Shown: one piece after another, positions 40,866 to 54,812 of the stretch
Position numbering within the stretch: position 1 is the first letter of the stretch
Layout: every line of letters starts with the position of its first letter
NCBI RefSeq assembly: GCF_006345805.1
Contig: NC_043012.1
Coordinates: 56,482,001-56,546,000 of the forward strand
Source of the DNA: Octopus sinensis
Lineage: Eukaryota
DNA length: 64,000 bases
Direction: 5' to 3'
Program-made: the position numbers and the translations under genes
Notes under the pieces: generated by a model
Seen by the model: only the letters and a program-made list of their open reading frames with translations
Databases searched by the model: none
Told to the model about the DNA's origin: nothing

Positions 40866-42402
40866 TTCAAATCCTGGCACAAGGCCAGCAACCCTAGTGC
40901 CCAGCTGGTACTTCTTTTAACCTTTAGCATGTTGCAGGCACATCACATCGCTGTATGAGTTTTCTCCCTTCTCAACGTGATACAGTGCACCTGCATTTAT
41001 AGGGGAGAAAACTCGTATGGTGACATGATGTGCCTAAGCATGCTAAAGGTTAACTGACTCTGAAAAGAGGAAAGGCAAAATTTACTGCGGCAGTTTCTGA
41101 ACTCAGAACATAAAGCCAGAAGAAATGCCTGTAAGCATTTCATCCTGCGTACTAATAATTCTGCCAGCATTGGAGGGGGAGGGTGTAAATTGATTACATC
41201 AACCCCAGTACTTGATTAGTACCTTATTTTATTGATCCTGAAAGGATGAAGGGCAAGGTTGATTTCAGCAGGATTTGAGCTCAGAATATAAATAGCTGGA
41301 AGAAGTGCTGCTAAGCATTTTGTCCAATGGGCTAATGATTCTGCCAATGATGATGATAATGATGATGATGATTTCTGATAATAATAATTACAATAATAAT
41401 TAATAGTGGTTAGTAGTAAATATCTTTTTAAAAAATGTATTTATTAACGTCATTCAGAACACACTCACCTTAGCCTACATGCAAAATAAAAGGATAAAAA
41501 GTCTCAAAATGTAAAAAAAAAACACTTCAGTTGTCTTCTAAAACAACAAAAAAGCAAAACAAACTTTCATGAAAATAATTTGCATACCACTTGCTCTGTT
41601 CCATCTGTATCCAGATAAAACACCTACATAAAAGCAACCTTTTGTTATTGAACTGAATATAAACATTTGGATGAAATGTCTGAACAATGAGGAATGATGG
41701 GAAAAACAACATGACTGAATTTTTAGATAGGTACATGTCAGAAATTTGAAGACAGGGATTAAATTATTAATCCTTTAACATTAAACTGCCCATATCCAGC
41801 TCAAATGTTCTAACTATATTATGTTCAGATCGCCTAGATCCAACCTCAAACATTTACCCTATAAAAATTATTCTGAAAATAAGTAACCACATCATTGAAA
41901 TAGCAAAGCAATGAGATAATGCAAGATTAATTTTAATTGATGTAAATAAGTATTACATTTGACAGAGTAATCTGAATGCTGAAGGCTTAAATCAACCCTA
42001 GCACCTGACTAGTACTTAATTTTATCAATCCAAAAAGGATGGAAGGCAAAGTTGATCTCAGAGTGATTTGAACTCAAGATGTAAAATAGTGTAACTTAAT
42101 ACCAAAGGCATTTTGTCTGATGCTCTACGAATTCTGCTGATCAATGCCCATAATAATCTTTTCTAGTATAGGCACAAGGCCTGAAATTTGGGAGGATGGG
42201 GTTAGTTGATGAGATCAACCCCAGTGTTCAACTGGTGCTTATTTTATCAACTCCGAAAGAATGTAAGGCAAAGTTGACCACCAGCAGAATTTGAACTCAG
42301 AATGTAGAAATGGATGAAATGCTGCAAAGCATTTTGTCTAGCATGCTAATGATTCTGCCAACTCAGTCTTCACTGCCTATTATTATTATTATTATTATTA
42401 TT

Positions 42403-42451
<49 letters not shown>

Positions 42452-45400
42452 TAATAATAATAATAGGCTTACAAAGAATAAGTCCTGGGGTCGATGTGCT
42501 CAACTAAAGGCGGTGCTCCAGCATGGCCACAGTCAAATGACTGAAACAAGTAAAAGAGTAATTCAAGCACATAGCTGATAATTTGAGAGGAAGGGGCAAG
42601 TCAGTTACATCAACCCCAGTATCTGACTGGTATTTTATATTACTGACCCTGGAGGGATGAAATGGACAGTTATCCCTGGCAGAATTTAGAAGTTAGAACA
42701 TGATGAGTTGGAAGAAATCTCACAAAGCATTTTGTCTGATGCTCTAAGAACCCTACCAATAATTACTGGTTCTTTATTTGCCACAAAGATGATGAATGGG
42801 AGACATTACAAAGACAGGTTGCAAAAACAGTGGGAGTTTTATGTAGAGTGAAACAAATAAAAAAACGAATAAACACATGCATCAAAAGGAAAAAAAACAT
42901 AAAATATATAATGTATATATATCTTGAAAGTGGAGCATACACTCAGAACAAAGCATGGCACCCCATGAATATTTAAATGTTCTTCAACACTAAAGTTTTC
43001 TCCTTGTTAGGAAATTACATATGAAATTTGAGATAGGAATCAGCAGGAATACTATGCTTGCCACTTTCAACCACTTTTCACCAATTTTACTGGAGGGCAG
43101 CACTTCACTCTCTGCTTTCACTCATCTTTTCAAAAGGACATTGAAAAAAGTTGGTAACATGTTTACTCTGATAGGAAAATGTTTGTCCTTAGACCCTGCA
43201 ATTTTGTTCACCAACTACACTAATCCCTTTTGTTCTAGCTACCAGACTGCAAAAAGCCTAAAACTCAGCAGGCAGCTAGATTTGTACTATTCATAATAAC
43301 AGGTAACCCTACAACTTAGTAAAGTTTGGATACTGAACAAGTGGACACAGGAAATTTTATTGCTCAGTGGTTCTCAACTATTTTTTTTTTTTATCTATAG
43401 ACCCCTTTGATTCCTATTTCACTCTACTGGACCCCCAAAGCCATTTGGTGTTGAAATAAATTCCTATTGCATTTTTATAATTGAATATCAGGAATTGTAT
43501 TAAAAAACTTTTGTAATATTTTGTGTTATGCAGAAGCACAACCAATTTTACTGCACATAAATTTTAACAACAAAATCTTAGGCTGACTGCCAATGGCTAT
43601 ATAGACCTTGGTTGAGAGCCACTGCTCTACATGTGTCTCAAACAGGCCAGAATAAGGGCACTGCCATGTCTATAAAGTTTATTTTGGATTATTCTGTGCC
43701 ACACCACCACCAACAGCTGCCGCCACCACCCAATCTGAAAGTGTATTAGAAGAGTTTATTCAGACTGTCCTCATTGATGCTTAAGCTTGTTCATTGGCTG
43801 TCGGTGCTTACACATTCCACCAACCTCAACTATTGATGTGGACATTCCACTGAGTGCTTTACCCATCTTGGTGCCTGATAATAGTCCCGATGTCACAAGC
43901 CCAACTTCAGTCTGAGCTTGACATAAAACTATAGTGCTTACTTATTAAAGTTTTAGACACTCTTAAAAAATCTGAATGGTCAAGGCTGGGATAGCCCTGA
44001 TCATATGTCTGCTTGATCAAGGCTGGTTTCAGGTTAAATGCCAATAACCATCCTGCAAGGCATTCATTAAGAAGAGTCTCCATGTGGTAGAAATATCAGC
44101 AAAATTTCCTTCAAATCACATCCTAGTCTTAAAATAAAATGGGAAGATCATGACCAGAATGTCTTTAACCGTAGGTCTCCTCAGTCATAATTGACCTGGG
44201 GCTAAACACCAACACCCTTCACCATCACCACCCTCATCACTATGTTGTAATACTTAAATTGAGCTATAAGGAATTGCCTAGTGTAATTTCAGTTTCTTGG
44301 CCTCTGGCACAATACAGTGCCAATAATAGGAAGGGAACCATTGATCTCTCTGTAGGTCACTCAATAACCAATTGACTTGGTTACCCATACTGCAGAGGCT
44401 ATTTAATGAAAAACGATATAAAAGAAATGGTGAAAATTATAGATTTCTAGACAACATAGTAATAAAATCAATGAAAGATCTATATGGGGGGAGGGGGGAA
44501 TCAACAAACTATAGAGAAGAGTAGTAAAAGAATTGCAATATAGAAACCTTTCGAAAGATTCATTGAGAATTGGAAAAATAACAGAGATAAAGAAAAACAT
44601 GTAAAAAATAAAAAAAAAAGAAACTAATTATAGAGCACACATGCACTTACACATACAACATATGAATACTATAAACAGAAAGACTGAATTCAATCATCTG
44701 CCAACCATAAATATATAAAAATATCAGATGTATTATGTTTAACATAATATGGCAATTTACAGAGGAGTGGAGGAAGAGTATCGGTGGGGAGGAGGGGCTT
44801 AAAACTTATAGCACAAGAAAGTTGTTATATATATATATTTCTGACCATATATGGCATCATGGTATCACTCTAAATATCTATAGTACTGGTTAGTGTAAAA
44901 GACTGGACTTTGGTATCATTTCCTCCTGCAGTGATGTATTTTTAAAATAGAGCAGAGATGATGATGACGAACAATTGATGGTGGTAGCAACTGCAGCAGT
45001 GGTGGCAGTAGTAGCACCACCAGTGCAACCATCATCATCATCATCATCATCATCACCTCTACCTGTCCTCATAATCATCACCACCACAATCACCTCACCC
45101 ATCATCATCAATACCACCATCACTTTTCCCATGCTGGTAAGCATTGGTTGGATTTTCTGAGGCAGAGTTTTGTGACTGGATGACTCTCCTACCTTCAGCA
45201 AAAGAGACCAATGGAGTAACTATCAGACTGAGCAAGAAAGAGAAAAAAGCAAGTTTCTTACCACAAAGTCACTCTTATATATATATATATTCTTTGTTTT
45301 ATTCTTTTCTACTAGTCCCAGTCATTTGAATGCAGCCATGCTGGAGCACCACCTTGAAGGATTTTAGTTGAACAAATCAATCCCAGGACTTATCATATTT

Positions 45401-45664
45401 TAAGCATAGTACTTATTCTATTGGCCTATTTTACCAAAACACTAAGTTACAGGGATGTAAACACACATACACGCATAGATACATGTACACACACACACAT
45501 GATGGGCTTCTTTCAGTTTCCATCCATCTACCAAACCTACTTGCAAAGCTTTGGTCAGCCCAAGGTTATAGTAGAAGACACTTGCCCAAGGTGCCACATA
45601 GTGGGACTGAACCTGGAACTATGTGATAGGGAAGCAAGTATCTTACCACACAACCATACTTTTA

Positions 45665-45706
<42 letters not shown>

Positions 45707-48700
45707 CCCAAATGTGGAAGCATGCTTCTTAACCATGTAGTCTTGGGTTCAGTCCCACTGCATGGCACCTTGGGCAAGTGTCTTCTATTGTAGATTTGGC
45801 TCAACCCAAAGGTGTGCGAGTGAATGTGGTAGATGGGAATTGAAAGAAGCCCCTCATATATGTGTGTGTGTGTGTGTGTGTGTGTATTTGCATGTATCCT
45901 TGACTAGAGATCCTTTGATGGTTATAAATGAACATCATCACCATAAAAAGAAGATTGTTCATTTCCAATCTTCTGTGAAAAACATGCCTGGCCATGGCAA
46001 AATATTACATTGCTTAGAAACAGGTGAGGGTTGGTGACAGCAAGGGCTCCAGTCATAGAAAAATCTGCCTCAACAAATTCTATGCAGGCATCATAGAAAA
46101 GTGAACATTAAATGATGATTATACTCTTTTACTTGTTTCAGTCATTTGACTGCGGCCATGCTGGAGCACCGCCTTTAGTCGACCAAATCAACCCTGGGAC
46201 TTATTCTTTGTAAGCCCAGTACTTATTCTATCGGTCTCTTTTGCCGAACCGCTAAGTGACGGGGACGTAAACACACCAGCATCGGTTGTCAAGCAATGCT
46301 AGGGGGACAAACACACAAACACATACACACACATACATATATATATATATATACATATATACGACAGGCTTCTTTCAGTTTCTGTCTACCAAATCCACTC
46401 ACAAGGCATTGGTCGGCCCGAGGCTATAGCAGAAGACACTTGCCCAAGATGCCACGCAGTGGGACTGAACCCGGAACCATGTGGTTGGTTAGCAAGCTAC
46501 TTACCACACAGCCACTCCTGCGCCTATATATATATATATATATAATAATAATAATATAAAAAATATATAAATATATAGGCATAGGAGTGGCTGTGTGGTA
46601 AGTAGCTTGCTTATGAACCACATGGTTCCGAATTCATTCCCACTGCATGGCACCTTGGGCAAATGTCTTCTACTATAGCCTTGGGCCGACCAAAGCCTTG
46701 TGAATGGATTTGGTAGATGGAAACTGAAAGAAGCCCGTCATATATATATATGTATATATATATATGTATGTGTATGTTTGTGTGTCTGTGTTTGTCCCCC
46801 CAGCATCGCTTGACAACCGATGGTGGTGTGTTTACAACCCCGTAACTTAGCGGTTCGGCAACAGAGACCGATAGAATAAGTACTAGGCTTACAAAGAATA
46901 AGTCCTGGGGTCGATTTGCTCGACTAAAAAGGTGGTGCTCCAGCATGGCCACAGTCAAATGACTGAAACAAGTAAAAGAGTATATGCATATATACATACA
47001 TATATGTACATACCTACATCTATATGTATATATACATGCATATATGGGTACAGGACATAAAAAAAAATGGTAAACACAATGAGAAACGAAAACATAAAAA
47101 CAAAAACATGGAAACGAACTATTTTTCAAACAACGAAAAAACAGAGTACAAGATATACAACACAAGGAATATTCCCCTTCTTCAGTTGTCCCTGTTTCGT
47201 CTACTCCATCATAATCATCATCGTTTAACATCCGCCTTCCATGCTAGCATGGGTTGGACGATGTGACTGAGGACTGGCGAACCAGATGGTTGCACCAGGC
47301 TCCAATCTTGATCTGGCAGAGTTTCTAGAGCTGGATGCCCTTCCTAACACCAATATATATAAAAACTCTACATATTTTTAATATAAGGTTATATTGAACA
47401 CTTTTCATGTCTTTCTATTACAAAATAACAGTAAAGACCTCCTTTGGTCATGAATAAACACGGGATTGCATCTACAAACTTACCCTCTGAGGCACAAATG
47501 TGGGTAAGGTTCTTTATGGAAGACCAGCAGTCACTCGTGCATACCAACCACCCCACTCCACACCACTGATGTTGTCCAAAGGGAAGAGGCAAAGGCTAAT
47601 ACAGCTTGATACAAGTGAAATAAAGTATCTTGCTCAAGATCACAACACAGCCTGATCTGGAAATCGAACTCACTACCTCATGATTGTGAGCCCAATGCTA
47701 ACCAGTGAGCCATGCGCCTTCACAAAACAAGATAAACAAACAATATATACCATAATGACCAGAAGTTGTGAATATACATAGACATTATTACATGAATATG
47801 GAATGCAAACAATTAAAAGAATAGACAGACTACTTAATGTGGCCCACCAAAGGTTCTAGTTCTTGTGGTGTAGTGGCTTGTGTATCTTAATAACCCTGAG
47901 AGATATGCCAGTGATAGCAAGCTCTTGGTAGGGCCCCCACTGCTGGAGGAAAGGGGTCAGACTAATATGGTAGAGGTGAAAATGGGTTTGCATAGGGTCA
48001 ACACCCTTACCTAGAAAAGGGCAAAGCTAAAAAAGGATTGATGATAATTCAAAACAACAAGACCTAGGAGATGACATCCACATTTGATGGCCCGAAGTTA
48101 AGAACAGTGAAGAAAAGTTGTCAATGGTCTACGCTCCATAGCAGGTGAAGGGCTTAAGTCAAGGAAATCACTCAATGAAACACATTTTAATTCCTTTCAG
48201 GGAATGTCTACTTAAAATACTCATTGAGGGTACAAAAATGCATGATAAAACATGTGCAATAGATGATTTGTTTCTACTTGAACAAAGATTAGAAAACAAT
48301 ATAAAAGAAAAAAATGGTTCTAGATTAAAATTATGAAGATGTTAAGTCTATATATTATCTTAGATAAATTTCAAACTAACTTCATAAGTTTAATGAAAGA
48401 ACATTTCTTCATGCCTCAAACCCACAGACTGATGAGGGTAAAGCTTATTTTCAGATTTTCAAAGCATTTAAGCTCAGGATTCCCCACTGGATAGGTTGCC
48501 AGTCCATAGCAGTGTTAAGAGCCATTGGTAATCATTTTCAACAAAGTGTACTGGAGCAATGTGATATGAAGTACCTTGCTTAATGATACAATGCATTGCC
48601 AAGTCTGAGAATCAAACCCATTATCTAATCATTATGAGCGTAACATCCTAACCACTAGACCAAATAAGGAAATATAATTTTTTTTAAATGAATAAACTAA

Positions 48701-50223
48701 ACCAAGATTTAAACATGATCAAATTTTCTAAACATCTGTTCATATTTGCAGTGTACACAATGGCATATCAAATTTCTATGAAAAACAATACAAGGGTGAC
48801 ATTTACAGTGAAACCAATGCAGAAACCACAAATAGCCAGATAGCCACAAAGCATAAAATCCATGAAAAACTTAAATGACACACCAAGAAAATAAAGAGAA
48901 AAGAAACTTAAGCCAACTGAAAAACCACTAAAACAATTTCAAAAACTCACCTAAAAGTAGACTCATTAATCCTTCCAAAAGTGATTTTGGTATAGTTAAT
49001 AAGATATTAGGGTAAATGCTGACATAAACAGTCTACAAATTTTAATCTGTGGAACAACACTGCATCAGTTATTTCGTGTTCTATGATGTCAAAAAGAAAA
49101 GGAAATGCAGATATATCCAATATGCTATCACTGGCTATTTTTGTTCCATAAACTAGGATCTTCTAAAATCTGTCCAATTCACCAGGACATACACAAATAT
49201 TACACAGTGATCTGGAGATCATTATGTATTTACAAAATGTCATAGTCTCCCATTGTATATCCAAACACAATCTAACCATCCACTAAATATTACCAAGCAT
49301 TTACTTATATAAGCATTTGCAAGAGGACGAATGTACTATTTCTCCAATGAAGCCCCACCCCCTTAACAAGGCCACTGTGTGCTACAATGAGGCACTAACA
49401 TGTATTTCTTCAAAAAAGGAATGAAGAAGTCACCAACAATTACTACTAACTATCCTAAAAATATGAAGAGAAATATTTTATGGTATAACCCACCATATAA
49501 CATCAATGTTAGTGTTGTTACTCTCCCAAATCAGAAGATACATCTTGAGCAACCACAAATTTCCTTAGTTGTTGAACAAGAACAACATAACAATGAGCTG
49601 CATGATACGTGTCAAGTGATAAGTAGAGCAGCAATGCCAAAATATTACAAAGAGTAAAAGGATGACATTTAATTACGGTAATATAGATCTTTACAACCTA
49701 AAGAACAGATAAAAGTAAAGTAAAACGGTACTGTAATACTACATAAACAAGCTGTACAGGACTCACAAACCCCTCCTTCAAAATTCAGCTGCTTCAGTGA
49801 AATACCTCATTCTGTCATCAAAACCATACAACTTTCAACATATATTTGGAAGTAATGAAACAGAGAACACCAATATGACATGAACAATACTAGTTAAGGT
49901 ACAAATGTACCTTATCTGCAATTTCTGACTTACAGAATAACATCAGCCATCTGCAATCTTAAACAAAAGAAGCCAACTAATTTTCACTTGCAGACAAATA
50001 CCCAAATTCTTTCTCTCAAATTTCAATGAATGATCACAGGGTCACTTGAAAAAGCACTTCATTTCATTACTAATCATTATTTCTCATCAAATGAATGAAA
50101 CAGTAATGATATTCCTGTTTCACTTACACATGAATAACTATCTATCAGAGTCCGCAGTGTTCCAATGCACTGAGTATTTATGGTTATGTAGCATAAAATA
50201 AACACATGCACACACATTGTGCT

Positions 50224-50271
<48 letters not shown>

Positions 50272-53246
50272 TGGCTGTGTGGTAAGTAGCTTGCTTACCA
50301 ACCACATGGTTCCGGGTTAAGTGCCACTGTGTGACACCTTGGGCAAGTGTCTTCTACTATAGCTTCAGGCCGACCAAAGCCTTGCGAGTGGATTTGGTAG
50401 ACGGAAACTGAAAGAAGCCTGTCATATATATGTATATGTATATATATACGTGTGTGTGTGTGTTTGTGTGCCTGTGTTTACGTCCCTGTAACTTAGCAGT
50501 TCGGCAAAAGTGACCGATAGAATAAGTACTAGACTTACAAAGAATAAGTCCTGGGGTCGATTTGCTCGACTAAAGGCAGTGCTTCAGCATGGCTGCAGTC
50601 AAATGACTGAAACAAGTAAAAGAGTAATGAGTGTATATATATATATACATACACACACACACGTGTGTGTAAAACTTTTCATCCCCTAGCATGAAGCTGA
50701 CCTCTAAATTCCCCTGGGTTTCAAATGTACTGCATGGCAACCTCACTACTGCTGGTGGCATGAAAAAAGCACCCAGTAATGCTGTAAAGTGGTTGGCATA
50801 TGGAAGGCTATCCAACAGTAGAAACCATTTCAAAGTAGACACTGGAGCACTATACAGTCCTTGGGCCCATTGGATCCTGTCAAACCATCCAACTCATGTC
50901 TGCATGAAAAAGGACACCAATTGATGACAATGAGGAAGATAATGACACACACAAGTATTCACCAAAGTATAGTAAATGAATTATACCATTTTCCCCAATA
51001 CTTTAAATTTCATGGTTTATAAAGCTCTCTTCAAATGGAAGTGATTCCAGTGAAATTTGTCTGTCAAATACTGATTTTATTGTAGCATTCTCCATCCATG
51101 CCAGCGTTGTCAAGACATTAATTCTAAATTGTAGTCCCCCGGGGAAGTGAAATGGGACACTGCTGTTTGAGGTGGCTCTTTCAGACACTTCCTCAGTCAA
51201 AAAGACAACCATTTTCACCAGCAATATTGATGATATGAAAGTATTGCAAGCTATCAAGAACTATGTGAGATCTAAACACAGTCAAGAACTGAGCTGAAAA
51301 AGTACCCCAACAAAAGTCATTCAATGCTGGAAAATTTCAAGTCCTCTTGTGTAAGTCCACAAACAGATTGCAATCAAAACACACAGATCCATGGGTTTCT
51401 AATTCCAGAGTCAGAATCAATGCATGATCAGGGAATCAATATATAAGTAATGACACATCATTCTATATGAATATTACTAATAACAATCCAACAGATGACT
51501 GGCTGGCTGGATTCTGAAATCATTCAGAACAAGAGAAGAGAAACCATTATTGTTGGTCTTGTAGAAGACATGTGTTCTCAGCCACTTGGATTATTGCTTC
51601 CAATTATGGTCGCTGCATAGTGTCAAACTAATTGTGGAACCTGAGATAATCTAACACTGTTACAAAAAGATTACCTCAATGCAATTGATGATCAGATAGG
51701 AGAGGGGGAAAGAACTGAGGCACTACTTCCTGGGGTGAAAACATGCAAGATATGCATTGGCGTTAGGAAGGGCATCCAGCTGTAGAAACTCTGCCAGATC
51801 AGATTGGAGCCTGGTGCAGCCATCTGGTTCGCCAGACCTCAGTCAAATCATCTAACCCATGCTAGCATGGAAAGTGGACGTTAAATGATGATGATAATGA
51901 TGATGATGATGTATACATATATGCATACACACAAACACACACACTGAAGATCTTGGAGTATATAGTACCAAATTTTGGGATTGAAAGCTATACCTATTCC
52001 TGAACTGGACATCACTGCATATTACAAAAGGTCTCATACTCTCCATTTAGAGTAAAAGCCCAACATAGTTCAGTGTCCAAAAGCCTACAACTTTTCTATA
52101 CCTTGTTTAAAAACCTAAGATATCCACAAAGCATAGATGGGGATATACTCAAAAAACAAAAAAAGCTCAACATCTTTTATGATAACTCAATATCAACCGC
52201 AGATGAACTTACATCATAGCAAGAAACACAAATGAGGGCAATGATAACCAACTCTCTCATTCACCAAAAATTAAGCACAGACAAAAGGTTGTGGAAATGA
52301 AATAAATTAAAAGTAATGGTGATGCTCCAGCAGAGCAACAGCCAATAGGCAGAAACAGGTAAAAGACTATATATATATATATATATATTTTGCAATTAAG
52401 GACAACTTCTTAATAAGGAATCTTAATAAGAAATTATCAGGTAGATAGCGTGAAAAACCTCATAAGAGAAAAATTTCGAAAATAATTCTTTCTTATTGAA
52501 CATATTAATTTATATATAGAGGGCATTATTATACAAAGATGCCACACGCTAAGAGGGACAAAAAGTCATTTCTACCAAAAATTTTACTAATCCCACCGAA
52601 TGCAATCTTTCAACTACCTGATAATTTCTTATTAAGATTCCTTATTAAGAAGTTGTCCTTAATTGCTAAATAATTTTATTCCAAAAAAACTTTTCCTATC
52701 CGAAATGCAATTCGAAGAAGCCTGCCATTTACCGGATGTAATATATGTAAACTCCCCATGTGCTTCGTTGACGTTGAGCAGTTAGCTGCTTGGCTTCGAC
52801 GAGACAGGACCGTTTATTTATGATACGTCCAGGCTTGCTGAAGAGTGAGTAAGTACGAAATCACAGGTGATACAAGTCTATATTTTTTAAATGTCTTGCT
52901 TTGAAAGATTGCATTCGGTGGGATTAGTAAAATTTTTGGTAGAAATGACTTTTTGTCCCTCTTAGCGTGTGGCATCTTTGTATAATAATGCCCTCTATAT
53001 ATAAATATATATATATATTATATATATATATATATATATAGTTTGCAATGCACAGTATCATATATCCATTACAACTGATCTTACTAATCAGTTTCATACT
53101 AGGGATTCAACAAAGTGTTAGGTATCAATTTGATTATGTAACCTTACATTCATCAGAGGCAGCCAATATGGAATGAAATATGTGTGTGTGTATGTATGTG
53201 TGTGTGTATGCATGTATGTGTGTGTGTATATATATTATACACACAC

Positions 53247-53284
<38 letters not shown>

Positions 53285-54693
53285 AACACACACACGCACA
53301 CACATATTTCCCATGATTTTCTTTACTTTTATACACACATACACATTCACGTATATATATATATTCATACATATGGATAATGGCTTTTGAATATTTATGA
53401 ATATCTATAGTGGAAACCAAAAGGGAAGCTCACAATATACATTGTAACAATCCTGGTCTAAGCAAACATCAGTGTACAATCTGTAACAAATACTTCTCTA
53501 CTAGAATAGGTCTTCTTAGACCCAGATGAACAAATAAACGAGCAATGCTCTTCTGCTTTCTTCCTTCTTTTCTCCTCTCATTTATCTAATTTTCTTTTAA
53601 GTTTAATGTTTGATGTTTAGTCATGCCATTCCATATGTACACATACATATTTTCTGTTGCAAGCTTTGTTTAAGCACAAAAATTAGTGATACCATTTAAA
53701 GATGACAACATATCAAATGAACGTTCAGAAATGTTAGATTACTGCAGGCATTCTTTGAAGTTCTTTATAATTATGAACTGCCAAATGGCTGATTGAAGCA
53801 GTAATGTACTTCTAAATAGTTGATTAAATCAGTTAATTTACAGAAACTGGAATATCATTTTTTTAAACATTTCCATTTTTAAAGACACTTATTAACACAT
53901 ACAGTTGACAACATACATATATTTTTCACACACAAACTAACATACAGATATACACACACACATATATATAGTCTTATGCCTGCAATATTGATTGTAAAGT
54001 TCATTCTTATTTTTATCTCGTTAAGTATTAGATTATCTCTGCGTTTTTGAAATGATGGTTACATTATTAACCAATTACATCACTTTCTCATTCGATATCC
54101 ACCAATCAGCGTTCAAACTTTTTTACTGTATGCTCACTGTATACCAAATTTCATGCCCTATTTTTTTTATCCATAATCATCTTTAGATCAGCAACAAGAA
54201 AGCCATGGTAACCATATATGACGTTTCAGGCTTCCAATCAATTACATCACTCTACTCTCAGTATTATGAACTTCCTTTTCTTCTTCTTGCTTACAATTAT
54301 ATCCTCATTATATATATATATGGTACCATTCTGAGGTACATTGCTGCTTCAATAGTCTAACCCATGCCGATATATAAAATTATAATAATAATATGAGCAC
54401 TGTAGTTCGCTTGAAGCATTGTAATATAAAAGAGGGTAAAAAGAGAGAAAATAGAAGATTTCTGACAATGCAGAAAGTTTTGAGTTTCATAAAACTTTTT
54501 TTATTTCAGGCATAAAGGCCCATCTTCAGAAGAGAAACAGTCTGAGAAATGTCCAGTTAATAGCACCTGTATAATTGGATATTTCCCAGGCCATTTTTCT
54601 TTTGAAGATGGGCCTTGTGCTTGAAGTATAAAAGTTTTATAAAACTTTCTGCATTGTCAGAGGCTTTCTATTTTCTTTCTTTTTACTCTCTTG

Positions 54694-54728
<35 letters not shown>

Positions 54729-54778
54729 TAATAATAATAATAATAATAATGATAATAATAATAATAATAATAATAATG

Positions 54779-54812
<34 letters not shown>

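Noticed and set aside
46611-47231. 206-aa ORF
   Set aside because: Antisense reading through a SINE and its microsatellites.
49934-49950. ATG GCT GAT GTT ATT CT|gtaagt as an alternative first exon
   Set aside because: Phase 2 end; joining to exon 5 gives an immediate stop.
51160-51205. Hammerhead-like CUGAGGA...GAAA on the minus strand
   Set aside because: Only a 2-bp stem II, no U16.1 and no stem I; likely chance. The same applies to partial cores near 10300, 22340, 23748, 24718 and 61879.
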